Under the pieces are notes generated by a model. The model ran no database searches, was not told where the DNA came from, and worked only from the letters and a program-made list of their open reading frames with translations. Source: a virus. Taken from it: 64,000 nucleotides of DNA. The stretch lies in IMG/VR virus record IMGVR_UViG_3300045988_126262; one strand, 5' to 3'. The stretch's first letter is position 1. Every line of letters starts with the position of its first letter. The position numbers were made by a program, and so were the translations under genes. Positions 41,417 through 51,595 of this stretch are shown one piece after another.

Positions 41417-42112
41417 TTATAAAGGGATAGTATCAATATGAATGATTTCACCATTTGTACCAATATCTATCGTCCAACATATCACGTCATTATAATTAGT
41501 CCATGCCCCAATAGATGGCACTTGAATTGTGGCATTTTCAAGTATTTGATAATAAACCTTTTCTCCAATATATATATAAAAGAAATTCAGAGGATATTGT
41601 TTTGCGCTTCCTTTTGTAGCAGATTTTATTCCAGAATTATATGTATTAAATGACATTGTAATATTACCAAAATATGGAGCATTAAATGTATATGATTTTC
41701 CGCTCAAAGTATTGTTTTTAGTAGATGGAGTCTTTTTGACTTTTGTAAACGATATACTTTTTGTTTTTTTATTTCCATATAAATCTTTATAGTCGATATT
41801 CACTTTAAGCAAATCATCTGATACTTCTTCAACTGTATAAATTGTTGTCCTATTAAAATAGGAATTTTGACATGATACTATATTTTTGGATTGAGTATAA
41901 TCACCGCTATCTATAAACTCATCTGCAATATATGCCGAATAGAATCCATCATTTCCAAATGACACTACATAATTTTCACTTTCCCAAACACCTATAATTA
42001 GTGATTTCGTATCATCACTCGTCGATCCGGGTTCTCCGTCCTCCGTTCGTGCACATGATTGTAAAATAATAATTGATAATAGAATCAATATATATAAAAA
42101 TAATTTCTTCAT
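41417..42112 (-). CDS. lipoprotein (lipocalin-like), moron
   Basis: 231 aa. Signal peptide MKKLFLYILILLSIIILQSC with a lipobox Cys. On the opposite strand to the tail genes. Confidence 0.75.
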   Translation of the reverse strand: MKKLFLYILILLSIIILQSCARTEDGEPGSTSDDTKSLIIGVWESENYVVSFGNDGFYSAYIADEFIDSGDYTQSKNIVSCQNSYFNRTTIYTVEEVSDDLLKVNIDYKDLYGNKKTKSISFTKVKKTPSTKNNTLSGKSYTFNAPYFGNITMSFNTYNSGIKSATKGSAKQYPLNFFYIYIGEKVYYQILENATIQVPSIGAWTNYNDVICWTIDIGTNGEIIHIDTIPL

Positions 42113-42124
42113 ATCTTTATTTTT

Positions 42125-43255
42125 TTATTTATCAGCACATTTTTTCGCCAAATCAAGACCCTCTTTAAGACCATCGGCATAATTAAAAATATCATCGATA
42201 GTCTCAATGTCAATCCATTCATTCGTCTTGTAGTTATCCTTTGGCAAGCATATTTTTTTACTCCGTTTCCCTATATAAATGCGGCAAATCCACCACCATG
42301 TACTACCATCTATGTTCACTGAAAAATAAGTCTTGTAGTCGTTATATTGAATACGAGATACATCTACATACTGCCTCAATATACTGCGCACAATGTTATA
42401 GGCATCTATCTCCTCTTGTGTAGTAACTATACCTTTTTCTCGGTCTTGAAATACTACACCATCGGGAAGTTTTTCTTCATTCATTTCGTTTGGTTGTTGA
42501 TTTTCATTCTCAACCTCCTGTGGTATCTGTTTTTCCTCCTTATTCTCATTCTTCATAGCCACATTCAAACGGTCGGATATAATATCGTTAATCACCGAAG
42601 CAATGGATTTCTTAACAATAGGTCTATATTGGTCCACAAGTTTTGCCGTATATTTCCCATCATTAAGATTACGGACAAAATAACGTGTAAATTCATCGTC
42701 TGGCATTTGGAAATTACGATTAAGCATTTCTTTTACTTGTATCGTGATTTGTAACTCTTGTGCCGTACTCAATATATCTTGCTCATTATAATAAGACTTA
42801 TGAAACTTTTTCAGTTGCTCAATATCGTTGTCCGATAAATCGAGCATATTTACCACAAGGAACGGCTTTTCGTCCATTATGTTCACCTTTTCTAAATCTG
42901 TATAAAAGCGATATTCTATTCCATTCGTCAAGACCCCAAACCTAGCCTTTGATGCGACAAAATATCTTTGTAACTGAGTGTCATGTAAATTCAAGTTTTG
43001 TTTACAATGCTTGCATTCTATAAGTAGTATAGGATTTTCGTCCTTCATTATGGCATAGTCTATTTTTTCGCCTTTTCTCTTAACTAAGTCACAATCCATT
43101 TCCGGTACAACCTCAAAGGGATTGAATACATCATACCCCAATGCTGCTATCACAGGCATTACAAAAGAGGTTTTTGTCGCTTCTTCCGTTGCTATGCTAT
43201 CCTTCTGTTTAGCAATTTTCTCTACAATCTGTTGAATTGTATCTTTGAAATCCAT
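42125..43255 (-). CDS. HsdR-N-terminal-like PD-(D/E)xK nuclease-domain protein
   Basis: 376 aa. EEATKTSFVMPVIAALGYD...KIDYAI...ILLIECKH...QLQRYF...GVLTNGIEYRFY matches the type I restriction R-subunit N-terminal nuclease domain (D...ExK). Confidence 0.7.
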   Translation of the reverse strand: MDFKDTIQQIVEKIAKQKDSIATEEATKTSFVMPVIAALGYDVFNPFEVVPEMDCDLVKRKGEKIDYAIMKDENPILLIECKHCKQNLNLHDTQLQRYFVASKARFGVLTNGIEYRFYTDLEKVNIMDEKPFLVVNMLDLSDNDIEQLKKFHKSYYNEQDILSTAQELQITIQVKEMLNRNFQMPDDEFTRYFVRNLNDGKYTAKLVDQYRPIVKKSIASVINDIISDRLNVAMKNENKEEKQIPQEVENENQQPNEMNEEKLPDGVVFQDREKGIVTTQEEIDAYNIVRSILRQYVDVSRIQYNDYKTYFSVNIDGSTWWWICRIYIGKRSKKICLPKDNYKTNEWIDIETIDDIFNYADGLKEGLDLAKKCADK

Positions 43256-43364
43256 ATCTTATGCTGTTAAGATTGTTTCGTCAAAAGTATAATACAATAA
43301 TCATTTATTAAAATATTTATACTCACACATTAGTTAAACTTTATTAACTCTATTCTATTTTATC

Positions 43365-43400
43365 AAAAGTATATGAATTTCATACACTTTTGTATATTTG
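43365..43400 (+). promoter_or_regulatory. family-B promoter, copy 5
   Basis: Palindrome aaaagtatatgaatttcatacactttt at 43365-43391, and TATATTTG at 43393-43400. Confidence 0.65.
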
Positions 43401-43445
43401 CAAATGATGTGATGTTACATCTACCCCTTTTAATCGAAAAGACTC

Positions 43446-46400
43446 ATGGCCGGACTTCATTTTGATATAACAGGCGACAATTCTAATTTTCTTCGTAAAC
43501 TACGAGAAGTAGAAACCGGAGTAACCAATACTTCTAAGGAAATAGAAAAAAATGGATTGGGCATAGAAGATATGTTCAACAAAATGACGAAAGCAGCTGC
43601 AGCTTTTGGGGCTGGCTTTACAGCAAAAGAACTTATCCAAAATATTATACAAGTAAGAGGTGAATTTCAACAATTAGAGGTCGCCTTTACCACTATGCTT
43701 GGAAGTAGTGAAAAGGCAAACGTCCTTATGGCTCAGCTCACAGAAACAGCCGCCAAAACTCCATTCGATCTACAAGGTGTTGCCAATGGAGCTCGTCAAT
43801 TACTGGCTTACGGTACTTCTGCTGAAGATGTTAACGAGACTCTTATACGATTAGGGAACATTGCAGCCGGACTTTCACAACCTTTGGGAGACTTAGTATA
43901 TCTCTATGGTACAACTATGACACAAGGTCGACTTTATACACAGGACCTAAACCAATTCACTGGACGAGGTATTCCAATGATAAAAGAACTTGCCAAAGAA
44001 TTTGGAGTAGCTGAAAGTGAAATCAAAGGAATGGTAGAAGCTGGTATGATAGGGTTTCCAGAGGTTCAGAAAGTCATACAGAACCTTACCAACGAGGGTG
44101 GTATGTTCTTTAACTTAATGCAAGAACAAAGCAAAACCATTACCGGACAGATTTCTAACATAGGAGATAGTTTCTCGATGATGTTGAACGACATCGGCAA
44201 AGCGAATGAAGGTATTATCAATGATGCATTATCCGGAGTCTCTTATTTGATAGGAAACTATGAAACTGTCGGAAAAACCTTGCTTGAAATCGTCGGAACA
44301 TACGGAGCGTATAAAGCTGCATTGATTACTATAACAGCTTTACAAAAAGTATATTCCGCCGTATTAGCTCAGTCCGCATTAAATCAAAGTCTTGCAGCAG
44401 CTTCAGGAATAACATTATCAAATGCAGAAGCTTTGGCTGCTACTCGCACGAAATTATTGCAAGTTGCGCAAGCTGCACTGAACAAGACTTTACTTGCCAA
44501 CCCATATGTCTCAGTAGCAGCGGCAGTAGCAGCACTAGGTTTAGGCATTTATAAATTAGTCACTTATCAAACAGAAGCGGAAAAGGCACAGGAAAGGCTG
44601 AATGCTGCGGAAAAGGAATCTGAGAAAGCAGCCTTATCTGAGCAAAGGGAACTTGCTAAGCTCAATGGAGAATTGTCTTCATTAAAAGAAGGTACAGATG
44701 AATATAATACCGTCAAAGAAAAAATTGTTGCAGGATATAGCAAGTATTATGAAGGTCTAGAAGAAGAAATAAATAAGGTTGGACTCACAGAAGAAGCTTA
44801 TGAAAAACTCACAAAAGCAATCACAGATTCTTACGGGGCAAGACAATACCAGCATTTCAAGTCGCAGCAGGAAGATTGGTTGGACAACATAATGTCCGAT
44901 AATCTCGGAAAGATACAAGACCGCCTATATAGCGAGTTAGGAGATAAAGAAGGTGCAAAACTCTATTCACAAATCTACCATGCCATATTGGAACGAAGAG
45001 ATTTGGATGCTGCGATCCAAGACAAACTAAATGAAATACAAGGCAAAGGTACGATTTTTGCGGATTCACGTATTGATACATATATCTCCAATATCCGAGA
45101 AGCGCAAAAAATAACAGAGGATTTAGATGAAAAAGCGCGTGAAAAGTTTGGCGTTACAAGTATAAATACCTCTCAACAGGCAGCAAATGAGCCATTTTCC
45201 ACCGAAGGTAAATCCATCTCCCAACTTGAAGAAGAAATCAAGAAGGCTGAAACCTCACTTGCCTCATTAAAAAAGGCCCTTGCAGACGGCAGCGGCACGA
45301 AAGAAGCAGTGGAGCAACAAGAGGCTTATATCAAGTCGCTTCAAGACACTGTACTTGAACGTGAGAAAGATTTGAGGGTAATCAATGAAGTCAAAACACA
45401 AATCTCAAAATTAGAGAAAGAGCAGGGAGAAACTGTAAGCGGAAGCAAGGAATACAATGCGTTACAATCACGAATTGACGCACTCCGTGCAAAGCTGCCT
45501 AAAACAGCCACTGGATTGACTGACATAAATGCCTATACCGACCAGCTGAACAGGATTAAAGAACTCCGTAAAAAAAATGCAAGTGAACGAATACGACTTG
45601 ATACGGATTTGGAGAACCAAGTAGAACAGGCTCGGATAAATGCGATGGAGGACGGCATAGACAAAGAAATGGCGCAACGTGAACTGAACAACAAAATAGA
45701 ATTACAAGACATCGAAAGACAGAAGCAGGAATATATCCGTAAAATTACGGAGGCGCAAAGACAAATATTTGAAGCAGAGGAGAACGCCAAAGCCGCCAAA
45801 GATAAGAACTACAAGAAAAAGGCGTTTGACCCTTCCTCTGTCTCTGTTGATACATCGATGTTTGACAACATGTCAGAATACACCAAACAGAAGCAGGCCA
45901 ACGAAACGGCAAATTATTATAACAATATTCTCGCCAAGTATCAAGACTATACAACAAAGCGTTTAAGCGTTACAAAGAAATACCAGAATGATTTAGCAAA
46001 TCTGGAAAAAGCGGGAGGTACGGAGGAGCAAAAGGCTGAATTGTCCTATCAGCTAACGGAAGCATTAAACGCTATCGATAAAGAATTTGCCATGCGTGAA
46101 GTTTCTTTTCAGACGTGGGCAAATAGTATAACAAATATGAGTTTGGACGAACTGGAACGGTTGCTTACCGAAGCGGAACAGGAATTAGCACGCATGGAAA
46201 ATGAAGGAGGGACAAACGGAAACGAACTTGCAGTGCAGCGTGCAAAGGTAACGGCAACGAAAGACCGAATCGCCAATATAAAAAGTAAAGAAAGCACATC
46301 GCCGGATAAACGAAGTATTAAAGAGTGGCAGGAGTTGTATAAAACTTTATCTAAGGTAGAAAGAGAGTTTGAAGAACTTGGAGATACAATAGGGGGCACG

Positions 46401-47729
46401 GTCGGTGAAATTATATCCGCAGCCGGAAGTATCTCCTCTTCTACGTTACAAATGATTGATGGTATTGTAACACTTGCAAATAGTTCTTCTACTGCCATGT
46501 CAGGAACGGCCGAAGCTGCATCTACGGCAATTCAGAATGTAGAAAAAGCCTCCGTAATACTGTCGATTGTAGGTGCAGCCTTGCAAGTAGCAACAAAAAT
46601 AGTAAGCTTATTTAGACAAGAGTCGTCGTATGAAAAGTACGAAGAAGCAAAGGAGGTGTACGAGTCATATATAGATATATTGGATCAGATAATCGAGAAA
46701 CAATTGGAATTGGCCGATTCGCTGGCGGGAGAAAACGCACAGGCTGCCTATGACAAAGCGATAGAATTATACAAGAAACAGGCAGATTCGGCACGGGTAT
46801 TAGGAGCACAATATTACAAATCTAGGGAATCCGGGGAAAAATCGAAAGGGTATCAAGATTTTTACGGTATGTCCGCCGCCGGTTGGCAGCAAGCCGCATC
46901 CGCACTAGGTATATCTGCGCAAGAATTGGCTATGATGATGTCAAAAAACATGACTAACTTATTTAACCTTCCCGTTGAGCAATTAGAAAAACTAATGTCG
47001 GAAGCTCCTCTATTTATATCACAGCTGGATAGTGAAGCGCAAGAATACATAAAGCAGATTATCGAAGCGGAGAATAATATTAAATCGACGGCAGAGCGAG
47101 AGATGGAGAACGCCACAGGCATATCTTTTGAATCTTTCTCCGATGACATATTAGAGTCCTTGTATGATGTGGAGAAAGGAGCGGAGGACATTGCGGACGA
47201 CATCGCAGACTATATGAGAAAAGCTCTCATTAAAGCCATGTATGTAAAGCAATATGAACCGGAAATGCGCAAATGGTATGAGATGTGGGCGGAGGCGACA
47301 AAAGACGGAGAAATCGACACGGAAGAACAGACCGCACTGGATAACCTAAAAAATTCAATTATTCAAGGAGCCGAAGCGGGAGCCGCCGCTATCAATGCAC
47401 AATTTGGAACAGGTTCTACCACCGAACAAAAGTCGACAGCCGGAGGTTCTGAAACCATGTCACAAGATACAGCAACGGAATTAAACGGCCGGTTTACAGC
47501 GTTGCAGCTTTCTGGTGAAGAAATCAAAAATCAAATGATTTCAGCCGTAATCTCTCTAAATTCTCTTTTATCTTTATCAACTAATAGCAATTCTATATTA
47601 AATAACATTCTTAATCAACACGTGATTACTAACAGCTACTTAGAAGACATTGCAAAATACACGAAGCCAATTCTTGAATTTGGCGATAAATTTGATAGAA
47701 TGATTTCAATTTTTAACAATAAACTATAA
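43446..47729 (+). CDS. tail tape measure protein
   Basis: 1427 aa. TP901-type core TAAKTPFDLQGVANGARQLLAYG and long coiled-coil regions. Confidence 0.9.
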   Translation: MAGLHFDITGDNSNFLRKLREVETGVTNTSKEIEKNGLGIEDMFNKMTKAAAAFGAGFTAKELIQNIIQVRGEFQQLEVAFTTMLGSSEKANVLMAQLTETAAKTPFDLQGVANGARQLLAYGTSAEDVNETLIRLGNIAAGLSQPLGDLVYLYGTTMTQGRLYTQDLNQFTGRGIPMIKELAKEFGVAESEIKGMVEAGMIGFPEVQKVIQNLTNEGGMFFNLMQEQSKTITGQISNIGDSFSMMLNDIGKANEGIINDALSGVSYLIGNYETVGKTLLEIVGTYGAYKAALITITALQKVYSAVLAQSALNQSLAAASGITLSNAEALAATRTKLLQVAQAALNKTLLANPYVSVAAAVAALGLGIYKLVTYQTEAEKAQERLNAAEKESEKAALSEQRELAKLNGELSSLKEGTDEYNTVKEKIVAGYSKYYEGLEEEINKVGLTEEAYEKLTKAITDSYGARQYQHFKSQQEDWLDNIMSDNLGKIQDRLYSELGDKEGAKLYSQIYHAILERRDLDAAIQDKLNEIQGKGTIFADSRIDTYISNIREAQKITEDLDEKAREKFGVTSINTSQQAANEPFSTEGKSISQLEEEIKKAETSLASLKKALADGSGTKEAVEQQEAYIKSLQDTVLEREKDLRVINEVKTQISKLEKEQGETVSGSKEYNALQSRIDALRAKLPKTATGLTDINAYTDQLNRIKELRKKNASERIRLDTDLENQVEQARINAMEDGIDKEMAQRELNNKIELQDIERQKQEYIRKITEAQRQIFEAEENAKAAKDKNYKKKAFDPSSVSVDTSMFDNMSEYTKQKQANETANYYNNILAKYQDYTTKRLSVTKKYQNDLANLEKAGGTEEQKAELSYQLTEALNAIDKEFAMREVSFQTWANSITNMSLDELERLLTEAEQELARMENEGGTNGNELAVQRAKVTATKDRIANIKSKESTSPDKRSIKEWQELYKTLSKVEREFEELGDTIGGTVGEIISAAGSISSSTLQMIDGIVTLANSSSTAMSGTAEAASTAIQNVEKASVILSIVGAALQVATKIVSLFRQESSYEKYEEAKEVYESYIDILDQIIEKQLELADSLAGENAQAAYDKAIELYKKQADSARVLGAQYYKSRESGEKSKGYQDFYGMSAAGWQQAASALGISAQELAMMMSKNMTNLFNLPVEQLEKLMSEAPLFISQLDSEAQEYIKQIIEAENNIKSTAEREMENATGISFESFSDDILESLYDVEKGAEDIADDIADYMRKALIKAMYVKQYEPEMRKWYEMWAEATKDGEIDTEEQTALDNLKNSIIQGAEAGAAAINAQFGTGSTTEQKSTAGGSETMSQDTATELNGRFTALQLSGEEIKNQMISAVISLNSLLSLSTNSNSILNNILNQHVITNSYLEDIAKYTKPILEFGDKFDRMISIFNNKL

Positions 47730-47730
47730 A

Positions 47731-48150
47731 ATGGCATCGGGAGAGTTTTACATAAATGGGAAAGACTGCTATACAACTTGGGGTATAAGTATGGATACAT
47801 CATCTCTTTCCTTCTTAATGACACCGTCACCTTTAAAAGAGTTCATCGAAAACAAGTCTCGATTAGAACATGGCAAACGAGTCCTGTCCTCTAATCCTAA
47901 AATCGATGAACGAAATATCACTTTAACTTTTAACCTGACGGCAAAAACGGAAGAAGAATTCTTTTCAAGATACAACAGCTTTTGTGAAGAATTGGCAACA
48001 GGCATAATAAATATAAAAACAAAGTATCAACCAAATATTACTTACAAAACAATCTATATTTCATGCAATCAATTTACGCAATTCATGAGAGGAATAGCAC
48101 GATTTTCTCTAAAACTTGTCGAATATAATCCAGCAGATAGAAATTCATAA
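47731..48150 (+). CDS. distal tail protein (Dit)-like
   Basis: 139 aa. FYINGKDCYTTWGISM...ERNITLTFNLTA resembles siphovirus tail component proteins. Follows the tape measure gene. Confidence 0.5.
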   Translation: MASGEFYINGKDCYTTWGISMDTSSLSFLMTPSPLKEFIENKSRLEHGKRVLSSNPKIDERNITLTFNLTAKTEEEFFSRYNSFCEELATGIINIKTKYQPNITYKTIYISCNQFTQFMRGIARFSLKLVEYNPADRNS

Positions 48151-48187
48151 AAAAGTGCATGTTTTTCATACACTTTTATTATCTTTG
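48149..48187 (+). promoter_or_regulatory. family-B promoter, copy 6
   Basis: Palindrome aaaaagtgcatgtttttcatacactttt at 48149-48177, and TATCTTTG at 48180-48187. Confidence 0.6.
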
Positions 48188-48198
48188 ACTGAAATCGT

Positions 48199-51100
48199 AT
48201 GAAGATATACGAAACCATCATGATAGACATTAAAAACATACAAGGAGATACTATTTTATCAGTTCCTATAACAGAAGAATGTGTTCATGTAGAAGAATTG
48301 ATGAAATCCGATTATGTAGAATTGTCGTGGAACTCGGACCAAAATGAAGAGATTCCGGTAGGGGCTTATATCATACTCGATGGTGAGAAATATTCTCTTT
48401 TGGATCCATATAATCCAGAACAAAAGAACGAGGTCAAATTTCAATACAAACCACAATTTCATTCGAAATTTATATCATGGGGTAAAGTGCCTTTTTTCAT
48501 GTATTCTTATGATGAGAATAACGAGATAACTAATCGGGAGCCGGATTGGTCTCTTACCGATAACCCGGCCAATTTCATGAGTGTTATTTGTAAGGCTATC
48601 GAGAACGAAACCGGGGATACATGGACTTACGCCGTCGATTCTTCTCTTAACGCTTCCACTTCTTTGTCTTTCCAATCAATCGACATATTGTCTGCCTTGA
48701 ACAGTATAGCATCTGCGTTTGATACAGAATGGTGGGTTGAGAAAGATTCCATGATTATTCATCTGTCGAAATCCGAACATGGAGCTGTTGTTTCTCTCGA
48801 AGTTGGTGAAAACATCAATACACCTTCGGTCACGGAGGGAAAAGATGGGTATTATACCCGATTTTACGCATTCGGGTCAACTCGAAACATCGTACAGGAA
48901 TACAAAGGTGCTAATGTCAACAATTTGGTCAACAAACGGCTGACTCTTGACCCTAAAAAATATCCGAACGGATATAAAGATATAAGGCCAAACCTTCAAC
49001 AGGGAGAGATATTTAGCAAAATCCTCCAGTTCGATGATATATACCCTTCATCGGAACTCTCCATATCAGATGTCAGATTCCGCCTTATGTGGCGTATAGA
49101 CTCGGAAACGAATGATAAAATACAGATAGGCACAGATGAAAACGGAGACCCTATATACGACCAATATGCGATATGGTATTTTCAAATACCGGAATTTAAC
49201 TTCGACAATTCCACTTATGACGAAGAAAAAAATCCGAATGGTATGCTTATACCCAATAAAGTACCTTCGGTACATTTCCAATCGGGGGCTTTGCAAGGTA
49301 TGGAATTTGAGCTTATATACCATGATGAGAGTAAAACAATAACAAGTGATGACGGCATAAGCTTCGAAGTCAAAAAAGGAGATTTCGAGATTAAATATAA
49401 AGAGGAAGAAGGTAACTATATTATCCCTGCTATTACGGGACTTATACCGTCGGAAAATGACGATATTATCCTATTCAACGTCAAAATGCCGGAAGAATAT
49501 ACAGATTCGGCGTACATACGTCTAGAAACGGCTATGAACGAAGAAATAGAACGGCTTTCTTCCGACCAAAACAATTACCAGTTTTCATCTAATCCTGTGG
49601 TGTTCAATGAAAACAATCCTGATTTATCCATAGGAAGAAAAGTCGAATACATAAACGCAGGATATTCATATGTTACTCGTGTTATAAGCCTTACAACCAA
49701 ACTCGACTATCCTTGCGAACAGACTATTACCATCGGGAACAACCTAATAAAAGGGAATACGCAAGAACTGAAAGAAGAGGTTGCATCTGCCAATAAGAAT
49801 ATCGACTTGATTTCTGCCATCAATGATATGACGGCTTCCCTGCAACAATCGTATCAACGGACTGTAAAACAAATGCAGGAAGGATTTGCCCGTATTAACG
49901 ATATGTGGAAATTCGACACAGAGTTGGAAAATACGATATACTCGAAATTTAATGTGTATTCACAGGGTGGAATATCCGCTCTTGGTGTATGGCGTGGGGA
50001 AGGGGGTGGCGGTGGTGAAGGAGGGCTCATCAAGCTCGTGTATGGGTTCGACGATCTGGGCGGCGCATTCGACAACGCCACCCTTACCGATACCTTCAAC
50101 GCCTATACCATCAACGAGATTTGGAAACTCGCCAACGCCGGCGCATCTACGATAGGTACAGGCAATGTGGTGACGGCCGTCAGCAAAACGGGCGGTAACA
50201 TCGTTGTCACCAAAGGCATCACCCTGTACGATTGGGTGCAGCAGCCGAACAAGCCTACCTATTCGCTGGCCGAGATAAACAACGTGAGCGGCACATATAC
50301 GGGGCTGACCGTAGGCAATGCGAACAACGCCGATTATGCCACGAATGCCGGATATGCCGTCTCGTCAGGAAATTCTGCCAACACGAGCGCTTTCGCGAAC
50401 AAGGACATTTACCACTATCAAGAGGCGGGCTGGATTATTCTGTCATCGCATAAGTATATAGATTCCGAGAGTCGTTGGTATTGGAACAAGATTGCTACCG
50501 TCACGGACAGTCATACGAATTACTCGGGCGTGGTCATCGAAATCGAAGCCGTCGAGGATTATGTGACCGGAGGAGCCGTTTACGGAAGGCTTTACCTTAC
50601 CTGTGGGGAGGGTGCTATATCCCTTAACTTGATGACCATGCAGAAGTGTCAATCCCAGAGGGACCTGTACATACATGCCTGTATAGACAAGAGCGGGAAC
50701 GTGTGGGTGAAAACGAATACGCAATGGCATAACCAGTTCCGGTTCAGAACTGTCGGAAAAGAGTACCTCTATATCGACACATATACGAGCGATATAGAAA
50801 CCACTCTCGACAAACCTGCCGACACGAGCGAGGAGATAGAAAACCGGATAGTCGTGCTCCGGGACGGTAATTTTACTTATTTCTCGAACTCCCGTCTCGA
50901 CAACGTCACTTGCAGCCAAGCCGATAAATTAGCCAGTTCCCGGACGATTTGGGGAAATTCGTTTGACGGTACGGGTGACGTTTCGGGTAATCTGACAGAT
51001 GTAGGCAGCATTTCCATGAGCGGAGATATAAATGGGGTTGAAAGAATTTACTGTTCAGGAGTCGTGGCGGAAACCGGTAGCAAGAGGGTTACTATCTATA

Positions 51101-51591
51101 ATGGCGGAATATTGGCCACAAACTATCTCCGTTCGAACGGGTATATCACATCGGACGGTAACATCACGGCCGGAGGGGATATATCGTCGCAAGGCAATAT
51201 CTCGGCACAAGGCTCGGTCACCGCCTTGACGACCTCGGACAAACGTTTGAAGCGGGATTTCGACCACACCCGAAGTTATACCGACAGGCTCTTGGCGATG
51301 GGCAGGGTATGCGATTTCCGATACACCGAAAAAGCACGGAAGCGTAACAAGGGCGGCGTGGACGGGAAAGCCCATACGGGGCTGATCTATCAAAAGGTGA
51401 AAGAGGTATTGCCATCGATGGCCTACGAAACGGGGGACGGTTACGGCGCCCTTAATTACCTCTCACCCGACTATATCAACACCATCGCCGGTGCAACGCA
51501 GGAGACAGCCCGTCTGGTTAAAGCCCTTAAAAAAGAGGTGGAACGATTGAAAAAGGAATTGTCCGAATTAAAAGGGAAAGGAGGAAAGTGA
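48199..51591 (+). CDS. tail-associated (Tal-like) / receptor-binding protein with a C-terminal S74 chaperone domain
   Basis: 1130 aa. Tal-like N-terminus and a poly-Gly linker GEGGGGGEGG. The C-terminus TTSDKRLKRDF...TGLIYQKVKEVLP...coiled coil is typical of the peptidase S74 intramolecular chaperone. Confidence 0.8.
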   Translation: MKIYETIMIDIKNIQGDTILSVPITEECVHVEELMKSDYVELSWNSDQNEEIPVGAYIILDGEKYSLLDPYNPEQKNEVKFQYKPQFHSKFISWGKVPFFMYSYDENNEITNREPDWSLTDNPANFMSVICKAIENETGDTWTYAVDSSLNASTSLSFQSIDILSALNSIASAFDTEWWVEKDSMIIHLSKSEHGAVVSLEVGENINTPSVTEGKDGYYTRFYAFGSTRNIVQEYKGANVNNLVNKRLTLDPKKYPNGYKDIRPNLQQGEIFSKILQFDDIYPSSELSISDVRFRLMWRIDSETNDKIQIGTDENGDPIYDQYAIWYFQIPEFNFDNSTYDEEKNPNGMLIPNKVPSVHFQSGALQGMEFELIYHDESKTITSDDGISFEVKKGDFEIKYKEEEGNYIIPAITGLIPSENDDIILFNVKMPEEYTDSAYIRLETAMNEEIERLSSDQNNYQFSSNPVVFNENNPDLSIGRKVEYINAGYSYVTRVISLTTKLDYPCEQTITIGNNLIKGNTQELKEEVASANKNIDLISAINDMTASLQQSYQRTVKQMQEGFARINDMWKFDTELENTIYSKFNVYSQGGISALGVWRGEGGGGGEGGLIKLVYGFDDLGGAFDNATLTDTFNAYTINEIWKLANAGASTIGTGNVVTAVSKTGGNIVVTKGITLYDWVQQPNKPTYSLAEINNVSGTYTGLTVGNANNADYATNAGYAVSSGNSANTSAFANKDIYHYQEAGWIILSSHKYIDSESRWYWNKIATVTDSHTNYSGVVIEIEAVEDYVTGGAVYGRLYLTCGEGAISLNLMTMQKCQSQRDLYIHACIDKSGNVWVKTNTQWHNQFRFRTVGKEYLYIDTYTSDIETTLDKPADTSEEIENRIVVLRDGNFTYFSNSRLDNVTCSQADKLASSRTIWGNSFDGTGDVSGNLTDVGSISMSGDINGVERIYCSGVVAETGSKRVTIYNGGILATNYLRSNGYITSDGNITAGGDISSQGNISAQGSVTALTTSDKRLKRDFDHTRSYTDRLLAMGRVCDFRYTEKARKRNKGGVDGKAHTGLIYQKVKEVLPSMAYETGDGYGALNYLSPDYINTIAGATQETARLVKALKKEVERLKKELSELKGKGGK
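51230..51588 (+). other. peptidase S74 intramolecular chaperone auto-processing domain
   Basis: SDKRLK cleavage-site-like motif followed by a terminal coiled coil (KALKKEVERLKKELSELK). Confidence 0.65.
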
Positions 51592-51595
51592 GCGT

